Origin: the human T2T-CHM13v2.0 reference genome, Homo sapiens
Direction: 5' to 3' (one strand)
Assembly: GCF_009914755.1 (NCBI RefSeq)
Contig: NC_060930.1
DNA length: 64,000 nucleotides
A program made the position numbers and the translations under genes. The number at the start of each line of letters is the position of its first letter. Within the stretch, counting starts at the first letter, position 1. The notes under the pieces were generated by a model that was not told the DNA's origin, ran no database searches, and worked only from the letters and a program-made list of their open reading frames with translations. This document shows positions 36,535 to 54,755 of this stretch, in pieces.

Positions 36535-37543
36535 TTACATTTTGGCATGATTTTGCAGCAGCTGGTACCTGTTGTTCCTTTCCATGTTTAGTGCTTCCTT
36601 CAGGAGCTCTTTTAGGGCAGGCCTGGTGGTGACAAAATCTCTCAGCATTTGCTTGTCTGTAAAGTATTTTATTTCTCCTTCCGTTATGAAGCTTAGTTTG
36701 ATTGGATATGAAATTCTGGGTTGAAAATTCTTTTCTTTAAGAATGTTGAATATTGGCCCCCAGTCTCTTCTGGCTTGTAGGGTTTATGCCAAGAGATCCA
36801 CTTTTAGTCTGATGGGCTTCTCTTTGTGGGTAACCCGACCTTTCTCTCTGGCTGCCCTTAACATTTTTTCCTTCATTTCAACTTTGGTGAATCTGACAAT
36901 TATGTGTCTTGGAGTTGCCCTTTTCAAGGAGTGTCTTTGTGGCATTCTCTATATTTCCTGAATCTGAATGTTGGCCTGCCTTGCTAGATTGGGGAAGTTC
37001 TCCTGGATAATATCCTGTAGAGTGTTTTCCAACTTGGTTCCATTCTCTCCATCACTTTCAGGTACACCAGTGAGATGTGGATTTGGTCTTTTCACATAGT
37101 CCCATATTTCTTGGAGGCTTTGCTCGTTTCTTTTTATTCTTTTTTCTCTAAACTTCCCTTCTCACTTCATTTCATCTTCCATTGCTGATACCCTTTCTTC
37201 CAGTTGATCGCATCGGCTCCTGAGGCTTCTACATTCTTCACGTAGTTCTCGAGCCTTGGTGTTCAGCTCCATCAACTCCTTTAAGCACTTCTCTGTATTG
37301 GTTATTCTAGTTATACATTCTTCTAAATTTTTTTTCAAAGCTTTCAACTTCTTTGCCTTTGGTTTGAATGTCCTCCCGTAGCTCAGTGTAATGTGATCGT
37401 CTGAAGCCTTCTTCTCTCAGTTCGTCAAAGTCATTCTCCATCCGGCTTTGTTCCGTTGCTGGTGAGGAACTCCGTTCCTTTGGAGGAGGAGAGGCGCTCT
37501 GCTTTTTAGAGTTTCCAGTTTTTCTGTTCTGTTTTTTCCCCAT
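36535..37543 (-). pseudogene. L1 ORF1p, frameshifted
   Basis: MGKKQNRKTGNSK start; frameshift near 37330. Confidence 0.93.
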
Positions 37544-38450
37544 CTTTGTGGTTTTATCTACTTTTGGTCTCTGATGATGGTGATGTACAGATGGGTTTTT
37601 GGTGTGGATGTCCTTTCTGTTTGTTAGTTTTCCTTCTAACAGACAGGACCCTCAGCTGCAGGTCTGTTGGAGTACCCTGCCATGTGAGGTGTCAGTGTGC
37701 CCCTGCTGGGGGTTGCCTCCCAGTTAGGCTGCTCGGGGGTCAGGGGTCAGGGACCCACTTGAGGAGGCAGTCTGCCCGTTCTCAGATCTCCAGCTGCATG
37801 CTGGGAGAACCACTGCTCTCTTCAAAGCTGTCAGACAGGGACATTTAAGTCTGCAGAGGTTACTGCTGTCTTTTTATTTGTCTGTGCCATGCCCCCAGAG
37901 ATGGAGCCTACAGAGGCAGGCAGGCCTCCTTGAGCTGTGGTGGGCTCCACCCAGTTCGAGCTTCCTGGCTGCTTTTTTTACCTAAGCAAGCCTGGGCAAT
38001 GGTTGGCGCCCCTCCCCCAGCCTCACTGCCACCTTGCAGTTTGATCTCAGACTGCTGCGCTAGCAATCAGTGAGACTCCGTGGGCGTAGGACCCTCCGAG
38101 CCAGGTGCGGGATATAATCTCATGGTGTGCCATTTTTTAAGCCCGTCGGAAAAGCGCAGTATTTGGGTGGGAGTGACCCAATTTTCCAGGTGCCATCCGT
38201 CACCCCTTTCTTTGACTAGGAAAGGGAACTCCCTGACCCCTTGCACTTCCCGCGTGAGACCATGCCTCGCCCTGCTTCGGCTCATGCATGGTGCATGCAC
38301 CCACTGACCTGTGCCCACTGTCTGGCACTCCCTAGTGAGATGAACCGGGTACCTCAGATGGAAATGCAGAAATCACCCGCCTTCTGTGTCGCTCACGCTG
38401 GGAGCTGTAGACCGGAGCTGTTCCTATTCAGCCATCTTGGCTCTTCCCTC
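37544..38450 (-). promoter_or_regulatory. E2 5'UTR promoter; antisense promoter points rightwards; 129-bp ZNF93 segment absent (junction ~37670)
   Basis: ggtctgttggagtaccctgcc is contiguous; more CpGs retained than in E1/E3. Confidence 0.8.
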
Positions 38451-38664
38451 TTTCATCAGAAATACTTGATCTGTATTTAGATTTCATAAATATCATAAAT
38501 TTATGGTTGAAAAGTATATTCACATACTCAATAACCAACTTAACTATTGGTTTTTAAAATTAAATTTAAATTAATTTAATGAAGTTAAAAAATTTTCCCA
38601 GTTGCATTAGCTATATTTTAAATGCTCATTAGCTGTATGTGGCTATTGGACAGTGAAGCTCTAG

Positions 38665-38865
38665 TGCCTGATTTTTCAAAACCTGTCTGCAAGTTAACTA
38701 CTTCCTAGTTATTTGAACATGTTTCTTAACCTTTCTAAATCTTGGTTTCCTTACTTGTCAAGTGAACTAATAATATTATCTGGTTCATAGGAATATTTTG
38801 AAGGTTAAATCAGATAACCCATGTAATGCACATAGCACAATGCATTGCACATACCAAGTGCTGAT
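38665..38865 (+). mobile_element. MIR SINE
   Basis: cttaacctttctaaatcttggtttccttacttgtcaagtg...aggttaaatcagataac. Confidence 0.7.
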
Positions 38866-39133
38866 TTTGGGTTATTATTTTGACAATTAGAAACCTAGGG
38901 ATGAGAACCAGGCTGGACTTAGGAAGAATGAAAAATGTGTCTTGAGCATCCTGACTTTGAGGTGAAGATGGTGAATCTAACTGAAGAAGAAGATTAGAAT
39001 TTAGGTGAAGGGGTTATGCCCAGAGAAAGCACAGGAGAATAGAACCTCATGGATGTTCTTATGACTGGCTATAGCAGGGATCATCCACTTTTCTTTCTTT
39101 CCCACTAGACTGTAAAGCATTTGATGTTTCCTA

Positions 39134-39475
<342 letters not shown>

Positions 39476-40735
39476 TTAAGTGCCTGGAATTGATCCTGCA
39501 CAGAGTAGTCATTTAAGAAATACCTATTAAATGAACAAGTTGGAACAACCAAGGGACTAAATATCACAAGGGAATAGAAAATTGAATACTAAAAGTAAAT
39601 GTTTTATAGGGCTTTGGCTGACTACTACCTGATCATATGCTTCTAAAGTAATGACTGTTCAAATGAACATTTTAGGCATACTCTCAGATATACCTTTTGA
39701 TATGGATGAAAAGCATCAATTTTAGCTAAAAGTTTAGTGTGTAAGAGTGACTCTGAGATATTAAAAATAAAATTCTTCATTTTCAAAAGGACACTGTTAT
39801 AATTCAAATTAATATAGTCTTTGTTGTTGTTGTTGTTTCTTCTCATTATTTGCATTTTAAGCCCATCTCTATGTTTTGAGATTTTGAAGACTGTGAAAGT
39901 CACATGAAAGGTATAAAAAAGATTACCCGGTATTCCTCCCTCCTAGCAAATCTTTCTCTCTCAACAGTTATGCGTCAGAGAATTCTATTAGTGGACAATG
40001 AAGAGGCAATCTAGTTCGTGTGATGTCGCTTCCCCGTTTGGTGACACTTTTCTATAGCATTCTTCAGGCTATTTCATTTGACACTTTGGAACAGCTGCCA
40101 AGTCCTTTCCTGCTCCCTGTAAACAAGGCTGTCATTCACAGAGCTTTCCCTTACCTTGCATAGGGAATGGAGGTTAAAGACTTCGGAAATCGAAAACAGA
40201 ACAGCCATCAAAAGGACTTTTAATACCAGGAGAATTATAGGAGAATAATTGAATCAAATAAAATAAGAATATAAATAGACCGTGTTACAAACTGCATTTG
40301 TTAAAAGGTTTCATATGAGTTGAAGTTTTGTGTTACCTGGGAAGAGTAATAAAAAGAAATGAAATAGATTGAAAATGGTTACCCTTGAGAAGTTATTTCT
40401 GACTTTTTGGCAGGATTCCCCTGTGGCTGCGGATGCCCATATAGTGTGTCTCATCCCTACTTTCTTTCAACTTCAATTCTGCTTTACAAGTAAGATTTCT
40501 GATAGTTTTTTTTTTCCCCTTAGAGTGTATTTGATTTATCATTTAGTTTAGTGGTTAAAGAAATGAGACAGGCGTTTGTATCTGGGGAAATACTGACACT
40601 TTTAGGCTTCTGATAGGTGGCCTTTTAAGGTCAACTACTCTAAGAGGAATCAAGAGCATTTTTTTTTTTTTTTGGACAGATCCTGTTCAATCTGTATCTG
40701 AAGATACTAGAAACAGGAATGAGAAGAGTAGAGAA

Positions 40736-41144
40736 GGATATTGTTTGGATGTTTGTCTCCTCCAAATCCTATATTTAAATGCAATTCCCAATGTTGGAGG
40801 TGTTTGAATCATGGAGGGTGATCTCTTATGAATGGCTTAGGGCCATCGCCTTGGTGATAAGTGAATTCTCACTCTGACTTCACGTGATATCTGCTTGTTT
40901 CAAAGAGTGTAGCCCCTCCCTTTCTTTCTCTCTTTTGCTCCTGCTCTCATCGTGTGACATGCTGGCTCTCTGTCAACTTCCACCATTATTGAAAACTTCC
41001 TGAAGCCTCACCAGAAGCCAAACAGATGTCGGTGCCATGCTTTCTGTACAGCCTGCAGAACCCAGAGCCAATTAAACCTCTTTTCTTTGTAAGTTACACA
41101 ATTTCAGGTATTCCTTTAGAGCAACACAAAAATGGTCTAATACA
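40736..41144 (+). mobile_element. MSTB-like MaLR solo LTR
   Basis: gatattgtttggatgtttgtc...gagccaattaaacctcttttc...ggtctaataca. Confidence 0.88.
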
Positions 41145-41389
41145 AGGACTTTTAAGAAAGAAATACAATCTCATACATACACATATACAAATACGCAGCT
41201 GATGGAGAAGGAAATGGAGAGATTTTGCATCACAGTGTTTAATAAGCTTCTTAAATGCAAGGCACATTGATAACATATGGACATTTTACAAAAGACTGGC
41301 TGGTTAACTTATAAAGGTCTTTTGATTTTGTAGGTCTCAAACTGAATATTCTTTGATTCCATGAGTCTCATATGGCATTATCATTATTA

Positions 41390-43150
41390 TTAATTCAACA
41401 AATAGTAATAAGAGCTTACTATATTCAGAGTATTGTTCTAGACACTGGATTTAGAATAAAAAATGAAGAAGACATGGTAATTTGCTTGCAGAGTTTGTAT
41501 CTCTAGTAAGGGTAGAGATGCACTAGACAAATTTACAATTAAAAAGTGTAAAAAATGTATTTAAAAAAGGAGGAAGACGAAATTTGGTTAAGAAATTAGG
41601 TAATATTTAATCTCAAACAGGAGGGATAATAAGAAACTACTCTGGCAAAGAACATGGTAGATGGAACAGGGGTGCCATCTTACTTTAGGCAGATTGAAAT
41701 TGGGGAAATTTTTAATGCAGCAACAGATAACTAATATACTATTACATTCTTTCCACTCTACAAGCTGCCTATTTTCTGAGAGCTATTAAATATTTACAAT
41801 TTACAATGGTAATTATGAAGGTCCAAGGTAGGAAATACCTTAATTTGCTCTAGTAAAGGAAAAGTCCATGTGATTATAGTTTATAAGTGGGGGAATGACA
41901 CTGGATGAGGTTGAGGATGTAGTCAGGGAGTTGTGAGCTTGTTATTGAGCTTAAGAGTCATTTTTTTAGTTGATTTTTCTGGCTACTGTGTGAAGAATGG
42001 ATTAGTGGGAGACAAAACTGAAAAAGGGAGCTATTAAGTATTATAGATGAAAGATGGTAGGTTGGCAGCATTGAACATAGAGGTAAGTGCATGAATTCAA
42101 GACACATTTTGGAGGTAGACTATAGAGAACTTTTTATTGGGTTGAATATGGAGAGAGTTCATGGGAGTAGAAGAAATCAAGGATAACACCCCAGTTAGTT
42201 TCAGGCTTGAGTATCTATGTGGATGGAGAAGCCAGGGACAGTAATGTTTTGGGAATGAAGAGTTCTGTTGTAGACATGTTAAGTTTAACATGCATGTGTG
42301 ACAACTGGAGACCTCAACTTAACTGCTGGATATATGAATCAAGAGGCATAAATGTGGGATTCTTTGACATTTATATAGATTTTCATGTGTTGGAAGTAGA
42401 TGAGCAATTTGGAGTAGAGGAAAAAGATGGCATTGGACTGAGTCCTGAGAAATAGTAACATTTATAAAACAGGCAGAAGAGGAAGAGTCAGAAAAGGAGA
42501 CTGAGCAGAAGTCACCAGAGTGGTAGGAGGAAGACTGAGATGGTGTGGTGTCCTAGGAACCAAGGGAGGAGAGTATGTTCATAGGATGGAATGACTACCT
42601 GATTGGATGTGGGATTAAGATAAAGATAAGTAAGCTTCCACTGTAAATGGTGAAAGATGATAATTAATACTGATAAATGTAATATCAGTATAATAATGGG
42701 ACCAAAACCCAACTAGAATGAATAAAGGCAAAAATGAAAGATGGTAAAACAGAGAAATCAAAAATAAGCATCTGCCTTGGAGGTTTTGCCCAGGAAGATC
42801 AGATAAATGGGGTTAAGGAAGAGCGTTTTTAGAATAGCGGCATGAAGGCATATTGATACGTTTCTGAAATTAATATAAAGAGAGGGATGAATTGGTGATG
42901 CAAGAAAGAGTAGAAACTATTGGAAGTAAAATTCTTTAGTAGTTGAGAGGGCATGGGGTATTAAGGTATTGGCCATAGAGAGAAGCATGGATGGGACTTT
43001 GTGGATACAGATGCAGATTGATTGGTGGGTTTGGTGGGAAGATAGTGAGAATGTCTTTGATTGCTTCAATTTTCATAGTGAGGTCACTGATAATAATGAC
43101 ATGAATAAAGGGAAGAAGGAGACTTAAAGCCAGTGGCTGGAGTCTTTAAG
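41390..43150 (-). mobile_element. Degenerate L2 LINE fragments
   Basis: L2 3' end attcaacaaata...ttgttctagacactgg; body motifs gaaatcaaggataacaccc, gactgagtcctgag. Confidence 0.7.
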
Positions 43151-43775
43151 GCCAGAAGAACGTGAATGTCAGTAATAATAAACTTTTCCATGAATATATC
43201 TCTCCTCTTGGATGTTTTGTTTCCACAGTGTAAAGGATAAAATATGCTAATTTTTTCTTCTCTATGATTTCCCTCCTGTCTGGCTTCCTGTCTGGCTCTT
43301 TGTTTTTTAGTAACATTAAAAGACTCTTGGAAAGTTTGACCAGAGCATATGGAGAAACATGAGTAGGTTCATTTACAGTTAGCATAACCAGAGAGTTGAA
43401 AGTAGTGTCTACAGTATCCCTCTGCTTCAATGAACCTTTGGAGCCTCCACCAGAAGGAAAATGATATGACTGAATTTAATTGCCTTGTGGCAAAAGCAGT
43501 AAAAATTTACCTGAGAAGTTATCTTACGTTAAAATGCTATATCTTGCTCTTATGATGTTGCAAAACAAACAGAAACTCCTAGAGTTAGGAGAAAAAAATT
43601 GACAAAAATATATAATATTTAATTTTTTTCTTCTTAAATGGAGAAATGTAAATCAAAGTCATACCCACACAGAGTGATTAATGCTTGAATTTTAGCCAAT
43701 GCATCCTAGAAAACAATTGTAAATATAACAGTAGTTATATAAGAGGCAGGTTTTAGAGTGTAAAGAGCAAAAATA

Positions 43776-44190
43776 TGTACTAGTTATCCATAATGGCATA
43801 ACAGATTTCCCCAAACCCATAGCTTAAAATAATTTATTATTTCATTATTGATGTGGGTCAGGAATTAAGGAGTGGCTTAGCTGGATGATTCTGGGTCTTG
43901 GTCTCTTACGAGGTTTAATCAGCCTGAGGTTGTTAGCTGGGGCTGCAGTCTCATCTGAAAGCTCAAGCAAGGGAGGATATGCTTCCAAGCTTACTCATGG
44001 AGTTGATAGCAGACCTCAGTCCCTGGGCACATAGGCCTCTTCATAATCTTCATGAATGTCATATGGCTTTCAGCTAGTTTCCTTAGAGTGAGTGATGGGA
44101 GAGGGAGGGAAGGGAGGAGGGGCCTACATAAAGATGTGAATACCAAGAGGTGAGAATCATTGCAGATGATTGTGGAGGCTGGCTATCACA
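43776..44190 (-). mobile_element. MLT1G/H-like MaLR solo LTR
   Basis: tgtgggtcaggaatt...ggcttagctgg...ggaggctggctatcaca. Confidence 0.75.
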
Positions 44191-45957
44191 GTGGTTTTCA
44201 AATATACAATATCCTCACCATTTGTCTGTGTAATTTTGGAGAATCAGTTAACATTTTTGAGATGCAATTTTCTCATTTGGTAGATCTCTAGCAACTTTTC
44301 TTGCTCTAAAAAAACTAGCCTATTCCCTAAACATTGTTTATACAGGTGGCTAAAAAGTGAAATTGCAGTTTTCATCTACCTTCTTAACTATACATTTTTC
44401 AGTGTTGATGGATAACTTTGGCAAGATTACAGAAAATTTATAAGGGAATGAATACTCGTCAATCAACCATAGAGAAGAGTTTCCAAATTCTGTGAAGATA
44501 TTTTAAAGCAGAAGATTCAAAATGATATTTGAGAATAGTTAAACCACTGAATATCGTTCATATTTAGGCTACCATTATCTTTTTTAAATAACAGATTTAT
44601 TGAGATATATTTACATACTATATAATTTACCCACTTACAGTGTACAATTTAATGGTTTTTAATACATTCACAGGAGTGTGCAATCTTCCTCACAGTCAAT
44701 TTTAAAACGTTTTCATCCTCCAAAAAGAAACTCTATACCCATTAGCAGTTGTTTCTCATCACAACTATCGTCTGCCACCATTAATATACTTTCATCTCTG
44801 TAGATTTGCCTACTCTGGACTTTTCTTATAACTTGAATATTATAATAGGCACTCTTTTGTGTCTAGCTTCTTTAAGTTAGCAAGTTTTCAAGATTCACCC
44901 ATGTTGTAGTACATGTTGGTACTACATTATCTTTATTGCTGAATAATACTCCATTGCAGGATACACCACATTTTACTTGTTCATTCAACAACGGATAAAT
45001 GCATTGATGAATATGTGATTTGATTCCACTTTTTGGCTATTATGAATAATGTTGCTATGAACATTAGTATATAAGTTTTTGTGTGAACATGCATTTTCAT
45101 TTCTCCAGCATATATATTTAGGAGTGGAATTGCTGGTTCATATGGTAATTCTGTGTTTAATATTTTGAGGAACTGTCAAACTGTTTTCCAAAGCAGTTGC
45201 ACCATGTTACATTCCTCCCAGCAATGTATGAGACTCCAATTTCTGCACATCAATGCCAACTGTTTTTGTCTGTCTTTTTTATTACAGTCATCCTAGTGGA
45301 TGTGAAGTGGTATTTCCTTGCATTTCCCTAATGGCTAATAATGTTGAGCATCCTTTTATGTGCTTGTGGGCCATTTGTTATCTTCTTTGGATATATGTCT
45401 TTTGAAATCCTTTACCCATCTTCTTTTTATTTGGTTTAGTATATCTCTGTGTTTTCATTATTGATTTTTTAAAATAAATTTTGTTGTATATATTTAGGGT
45501 ATACAACATGATGTTATGGGATACACAGAGTAAAAAGGTTACTATAATGAAGGAAATTAACATATCCATTATTTCACAGAGTTATCCATTTTTTGTGTGT
45601 GTGGTGAGAGCAGGTAAAATCTATTCATTTAGCATGAATCCCATATACAGCACAATTTTATTACCTATAGTCTGCACATGATACATTAAATCTCTAGACT
45701 TATTCATCCTACATATCTTCTACTTCATATTTTCTTTCTTTTTTTTATTATTATTATCCTTTAAGTTTTAGGGTACATGTGCACAACGTGCAGGTTTGTT
45801 ATATATTTATACATGTGCTATGTTGGTGTGCTGCACCCATTAACTCATCACTTAGCATTAGGTATATCACCTAATGCTATCCCTCCCACCTCCCCCGACC
45901 CCACAACTGTCCCTGGTGTGTGATGTTCCCCTTCCTGTGTCCATGTGTTCTCACTGG

Positions 45958-49776
<3,819 letters not shown>

Positions 49777-49839
49777 TATGATGTTAGCTGGTTATTTTGC
49801 TCGTTAGTTGATGCACTTTCTTCCTAGCCTGGATGGTCT

Positions 49840-50855
49840 TTACAATTTGGCATGTTTTTGCAGTGGCTGGTACTGGTTGTTCCTTTCCATGTTTAGTGCT
49901 TCCTTCAGGAGCTCTTTTAGGGCAGACCTGGTGGTGACAAAATCTCTCAGCATTTGCTTGTCTGTAAAGGATTTTATTTCTCCTTCACTTATGAAGCTTA
50001 GTTTGGCTGGATATGAAATTCTGGGTTGAAAATTCTTGTTTTTAAGAATGTCGAATATTGGCCCCCAGTCTCTTCGGGCTTGGAGAGTTTCTGCCAAGAG
50101 ATCCACTGTTAGTCTGATGGGCTTCCCTTTGTGGGTAACCAGACCTTTCTCTCTGGCTGCCCTTAACATTTTTTCCTTCATTTTAACTTTGGTGAATCTG
50201 ACAATTATGTGTCTTGGAGTTGCTCTTCTCGAGGAATATCTTTGTGGCATTCTCTGTGTTTCCTGAATTTGAATGTTGGCCTTCCTTGCTAGATTGGGGA
50301 AGTTCTCCTGGATAATATCCTGCAGAGTGTTTTCCAACTTGGTTCCATTCTCCCCATAACTTTGAGGTACACCAGTTAGATGTAGATTTGGTCTTTTCAC
50401 ATAATCCCATATTTCTTGGAGGCTTTGTTCATTTCTTTTTGTTCTTTTTTCTTTAAACTTCTCTTCACACTTCACTTCATTCATTTTGTCTTCCATTGCT
50501 GATACCCTTTCTTCCAGTTGATCGCATCAGTTACTGAGGCTTGTGCATTCGTCACGTACTTCTCATGCCATGGTTTTCAGTTCCTTCAGGTCCTTTAAGG
50601 ACTTCTCTGCATTGGTTATTCTAGTTATCCATTCGTCTAATTATTTTTCAAAGTTTTTAACTTCTTGCCATTGGTTCAAACTTCCTCCTTTAGCTCAGAG
50701 TAGTTTCATCTTCTGAAGCCTTCCTCTCTCAACTTGTCAAAGTCGTTCTCCATCCAGCTTTGTTCTGTTGCTGGTGAGGAGCTGCAGTCCTTTGGAGGAG
50801 GAGAGGCACTCTGATTTTTAGTGTTTCCAGTTTTTCTGCTCTGTTTTTTCCCCAT
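49840..50855 (-). pseudogene. L1 ORF1p, disrupted (C-terminal 218 aa open)
   Basis: ORF 49840-50496 (EIWDYVKRPNL...HAKL); ATG at 50855. Confidence 0.93.
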
Positions 50856-53563
50856 CTTTGTGGTTTTATCTACCTTTGGTCTTTGATGATGGTGACGTAC
50901 AGATGGGTGTTTGGTGTGGATGTCCTTTCTGTTTGTTAGTTTTCCTTCTAACAGTCAGGACCCTCAGCTGCATGTCTGTTGGAGTTTACTGGAGGTCTGC
51001 TGCAGACCCTGTTTGCCTGAGTATCAGCAGTGGTGGCTGCAGAACAGCAGATATTGGTGAACTGCAAATGCTGCTGCCTGATCATTCCTCTGGAAATTTT
51101 GTCTCAGAGGAGTACCCGGACTTGTGAGGTGTCAGTCCACCCCTACTGGGGGCTGCCTCCCTGTTAGGCTACTTGGGGTTCAGGGACCCACTTGAGGAAG
51201 CAGTCTGTCCATTCTCAGATCTCAAGCTGCATGCTGGGAGAACTAGTACTCTCTTCAAAGCTGTCAGACAGGGACATTGAAGTCTGCGGGGGTTATTGCT
51301 GTCTTTTGTTTGTGCCCTGCCCCCAGAGGTGGAGCCTACAGAGGCAGGCAGGCCTCCTTGAGCCATGGTGGGCTCCACCCATTTTGAGCTTCCCTGCAGC
51401 TTTGTTTACCTACTCAAGCCTGAGCAATGGCAGGCGGCCCTCCCCCACTCTCACTGCCACCTTGCAGTTTGATCTCAGCCTGCTGTGCTAGCAATGAGCG
51501 AGGCTCCATGGGTGTAGGCCCCTCCAAGCCATGTGCGGGATGTAATCTCCTGGTGTGCCATTTGATAAGCCCATTGGAAAAGTGCAGTATTAGGGTGGAA
51601 GTGACCCGACTTTCCAGGTGCCGTCTGTCACCCCTTTCTTTGACTAGGAAAGGGAGTTCCCTGACCCCTTGCACTTCCCAGGTGAGGCGATGCCTTGCCC
51701 TGCTTCAGCTCATGCATGGTGTGCTGCACCCACTGTCTGGTACTCCCCAGTGAGATGAACCCGGTACCTCAGTTGGAAATGCAGAAATCACCCATCTTCT
51801 GCGTCACTCACTCTGGCAGCTGTAGACTGGAGCTGTTACTATTCGGCCATCTTGGCTCCACCCCCCTACTCTGTATTTTCTGACCTACATCTCCCATTTC
51901 CTTACTCAAAACATGTCCTTGGCAAACACTGTTTCATTTTCTATTTCTGTATATTTGAATTTTTAAAAAATATTTCAGATCTACATGAGATCATGCAATT
52001 ATTTTTCTTCCTGTGTTTGGTTTATTTCACTAAGCATAATTCTTCTAAGCTCATCCATGTTGTGATGAATGACAATATATCATTCTTTTTTTAGGGCTGA
52101 ATAATATTCCATTCTATATATGTACTACAGTTTAAACATTTGTCCACTGATGATCATTTAGATTGTTTCCATATCTTGGCTGTTATGAATAATGCTGCAG
52201 TAAATATGGGAGTGCAGACATCTTTATGAAGTGGTGATTTCATTTCCTTTGGGTATATTCCCATAAGGGGGATTGATGGTAGTTCTAATTTTAATTCCTT
52301 TAGTTGCCTCCATATTGTTTCTCATAATGGCTGTGCCAAGCTACATTCCTACTGACAGTGTGTAAGAATTCCCTTTTCTCTTTACCTCACCAACATTTGT
52401 TATCTTTTGACTTTTTGACAATAACCATCATAACAGGTGTAATGTGGTATCTTATAGTGATTTTGATTTGCATTCCCAATGATTAGTGATGTTAAGCACC
52501 TTTTCATATACCTCTTGGTCATTTTTATGTCTTCTCTGGGGAAATGTCTATTCAGATCCTTTGCCCATTTTAAAATCAGCTTATTTGTTTTTTTCAGTAT
52601 TGAATTTATGAGTTCTTTATAAATCTTGATTATTAATTCCTTATCAAATTTATGGTTTGCAAATATATTTTCCAATCCTTAAGCTGCCATTTCATTTTGT
52701 TGGTTGTTTCTTTTATTATGTAGAAGCTCATACAAGTCTGGTGGAACATACACGTATCAGTCAATGTGATACATCACATTTACAGAATGAAAGGTAAAAA
52801 CCACATGATCACCTCAACTGACACTGAAAAAGCTTTTGACAAAGTCCAACATTCTTTCTTGATAAAAACTCTCAACAGTGTTAAAAATAATAAATTCAGT
52901 AAAGATACAAAATGCAAGATGCAAAATGAATATAGCAAAATCAGTAGCATTTTTATATATGAATAATGATCTAACTGAAAAAGACATCAAGAAAGCAATT
53001 CCACTTATGATAGCATAAAAAATCCTAGGAATAAATCTAAGCAAGGAATTAGGATATCTATACATAGAAAACTCTAAAGCACTGAAAGAAATTGATGAAG
53101 ACACAAATAAATAGAAATATGTCCTGTGCTCATGGAGCAGAAGAATTAATATGATTAAAATGACCATATTACCCAAAGTAATCTACAGATTTAATGCAAG
53201 CCCTATCCAAACCTAATGGCATTCTTCACAGAAATAGAAAAAACAATCACAAATTTTATATGGAAACGTAAAAGACCCTGAATGGCCAAAACAATTTTGA
53301 GAAAGAAAACACTGGAGGCACCACACTTCCTGATTTAAAATATATTACAAAGCTAAAGCTCATCACAACAGTATGGTACTGACATAAAAACAGACCCATA
53401 GACCAGTGGAACAGAATAGAGAGCCCAGAAGTAAACCCAAATACATGTGGTCAACTAATTTTTGACAAAGACACCAAAAAAGAACAATGGGGAAAATGAC
53501 AATCTCTTCCAATAAATGGTGCTGGGAACGTTGAATTTCCACATGCAAAATAATAAAATTGGG

Positions 53564-53845
53564 GGCTGGGCATGGTTACTCACACCTGTAATCCCAGACT
53601 TTGGGAGGTTGAGGTGGGAGAATTGCTTGAGCCCAGGGACTTAAGAACAGACTAGGTGACATAGTGAGACACTATCTATTAAAAAAAAAATAGCTGGGCG
53701 TTGTAGCACGTTCCTTAGTTCCAGCTACTTGGCAGGCTGAGACCAAAGAATCGCTTGAGCCCAGAAATTCAAGGCTGTAGTGAGTTGTGATTGCACCACT
53801 GCACTGCACTGCACTCCAGCTTGGGTGACAGAGTGAGACCCTGTG

Positions 53846-53878
<33 letters not shown>

Positions 53879-53895
53879 AAAAGAAAAGAAAAAAA
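53564..53895 (+). mobile_element. AluJ-like element inside the inverted L1MA segment
   Basis: gcttgagcccag in both arms (J-type); extra cactg units in gcaccactgcactgcactgcactccagc; long A tail. Confidence 0.9.
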
Positions 53896-54253
53896 TGGAA
53901 TCCTCATCTTACACCATATGCAAAAATCAACTCAAAATGGATAAAAGACCTAAATATAAAAATTGATATTTGAGACTAGTCAAACCACTGAACATCAGTC
54001 ATATTTAGGCTATTTATTACATTTGAAACTATGAAACTCCTAGAAGAGACAGACTATAGGAGAAAAGCTCCTAGACATTGGCCTTGGCTGTGATGTTTTA
54101 GATTTTATACCAAACGCTCAGGCCATAAAAGTAAAAATAAATAAGTGGGACTACATCAAGCCTTTATCTGTTTTAAATTTGAATTATACGTAGTTTTATT
54201 GTTGAATTGTAAGTCTTTTTTATAGATTCAGGATACATATGCCTAACAAGATT

Positions 54254-54755
54254 TGGTGGCATAATATGTAAAATTAAGGTTCAATATTATGTGCTGACTT
54301 CACATTTGGAAAAATCGCAAGGGCCTCGAATGGCCTAACTGTAGGTTCTCCTCCCCATTCTGCTGCCATAGATAAGGTCGCCTAGAAATAGCCCTGCTTA
54401 TGAAATGGACCAGATGTGGTTCCTGCTTATTCGTGAGTGGCAGGTTTCAATTTCCTGCCATTCCATGGGATTTTTCCAATAAGCCAATCACATCCTCTCA
54501 TTGGAACCAGGGGACGTTGCATCCTCTTGATACTACAAAGTCAGCTTCCCAAAGCCCTTGTCATTCACTCTGTTCCTGAGTAAACCTCTATGTGGTCCTG
54601 TGTGGTGTGGTGTCCTCCTCCCCTGAGGTATGAGTGCATGTGACTAACAAACTGCTGTCAATCTCCTCTTTCTGGTGGCGGAAGTTGGGCCATCCCCATA
54701 ACTCTAGGGTGGGAATCCCTTTCACCAATGAGCTGAACAAGAGGCAATCAAAACA
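54254..54755 (+). mobile_element. ERV1-class solo LTR (MER67-like; family tentative)
   Basis: TG...CA ends, 4-bp flanks gatt/aatt, and it interrupts the L1MB cleanly; motif gggcctcgaatggcctaac. Confidence 0.65.
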
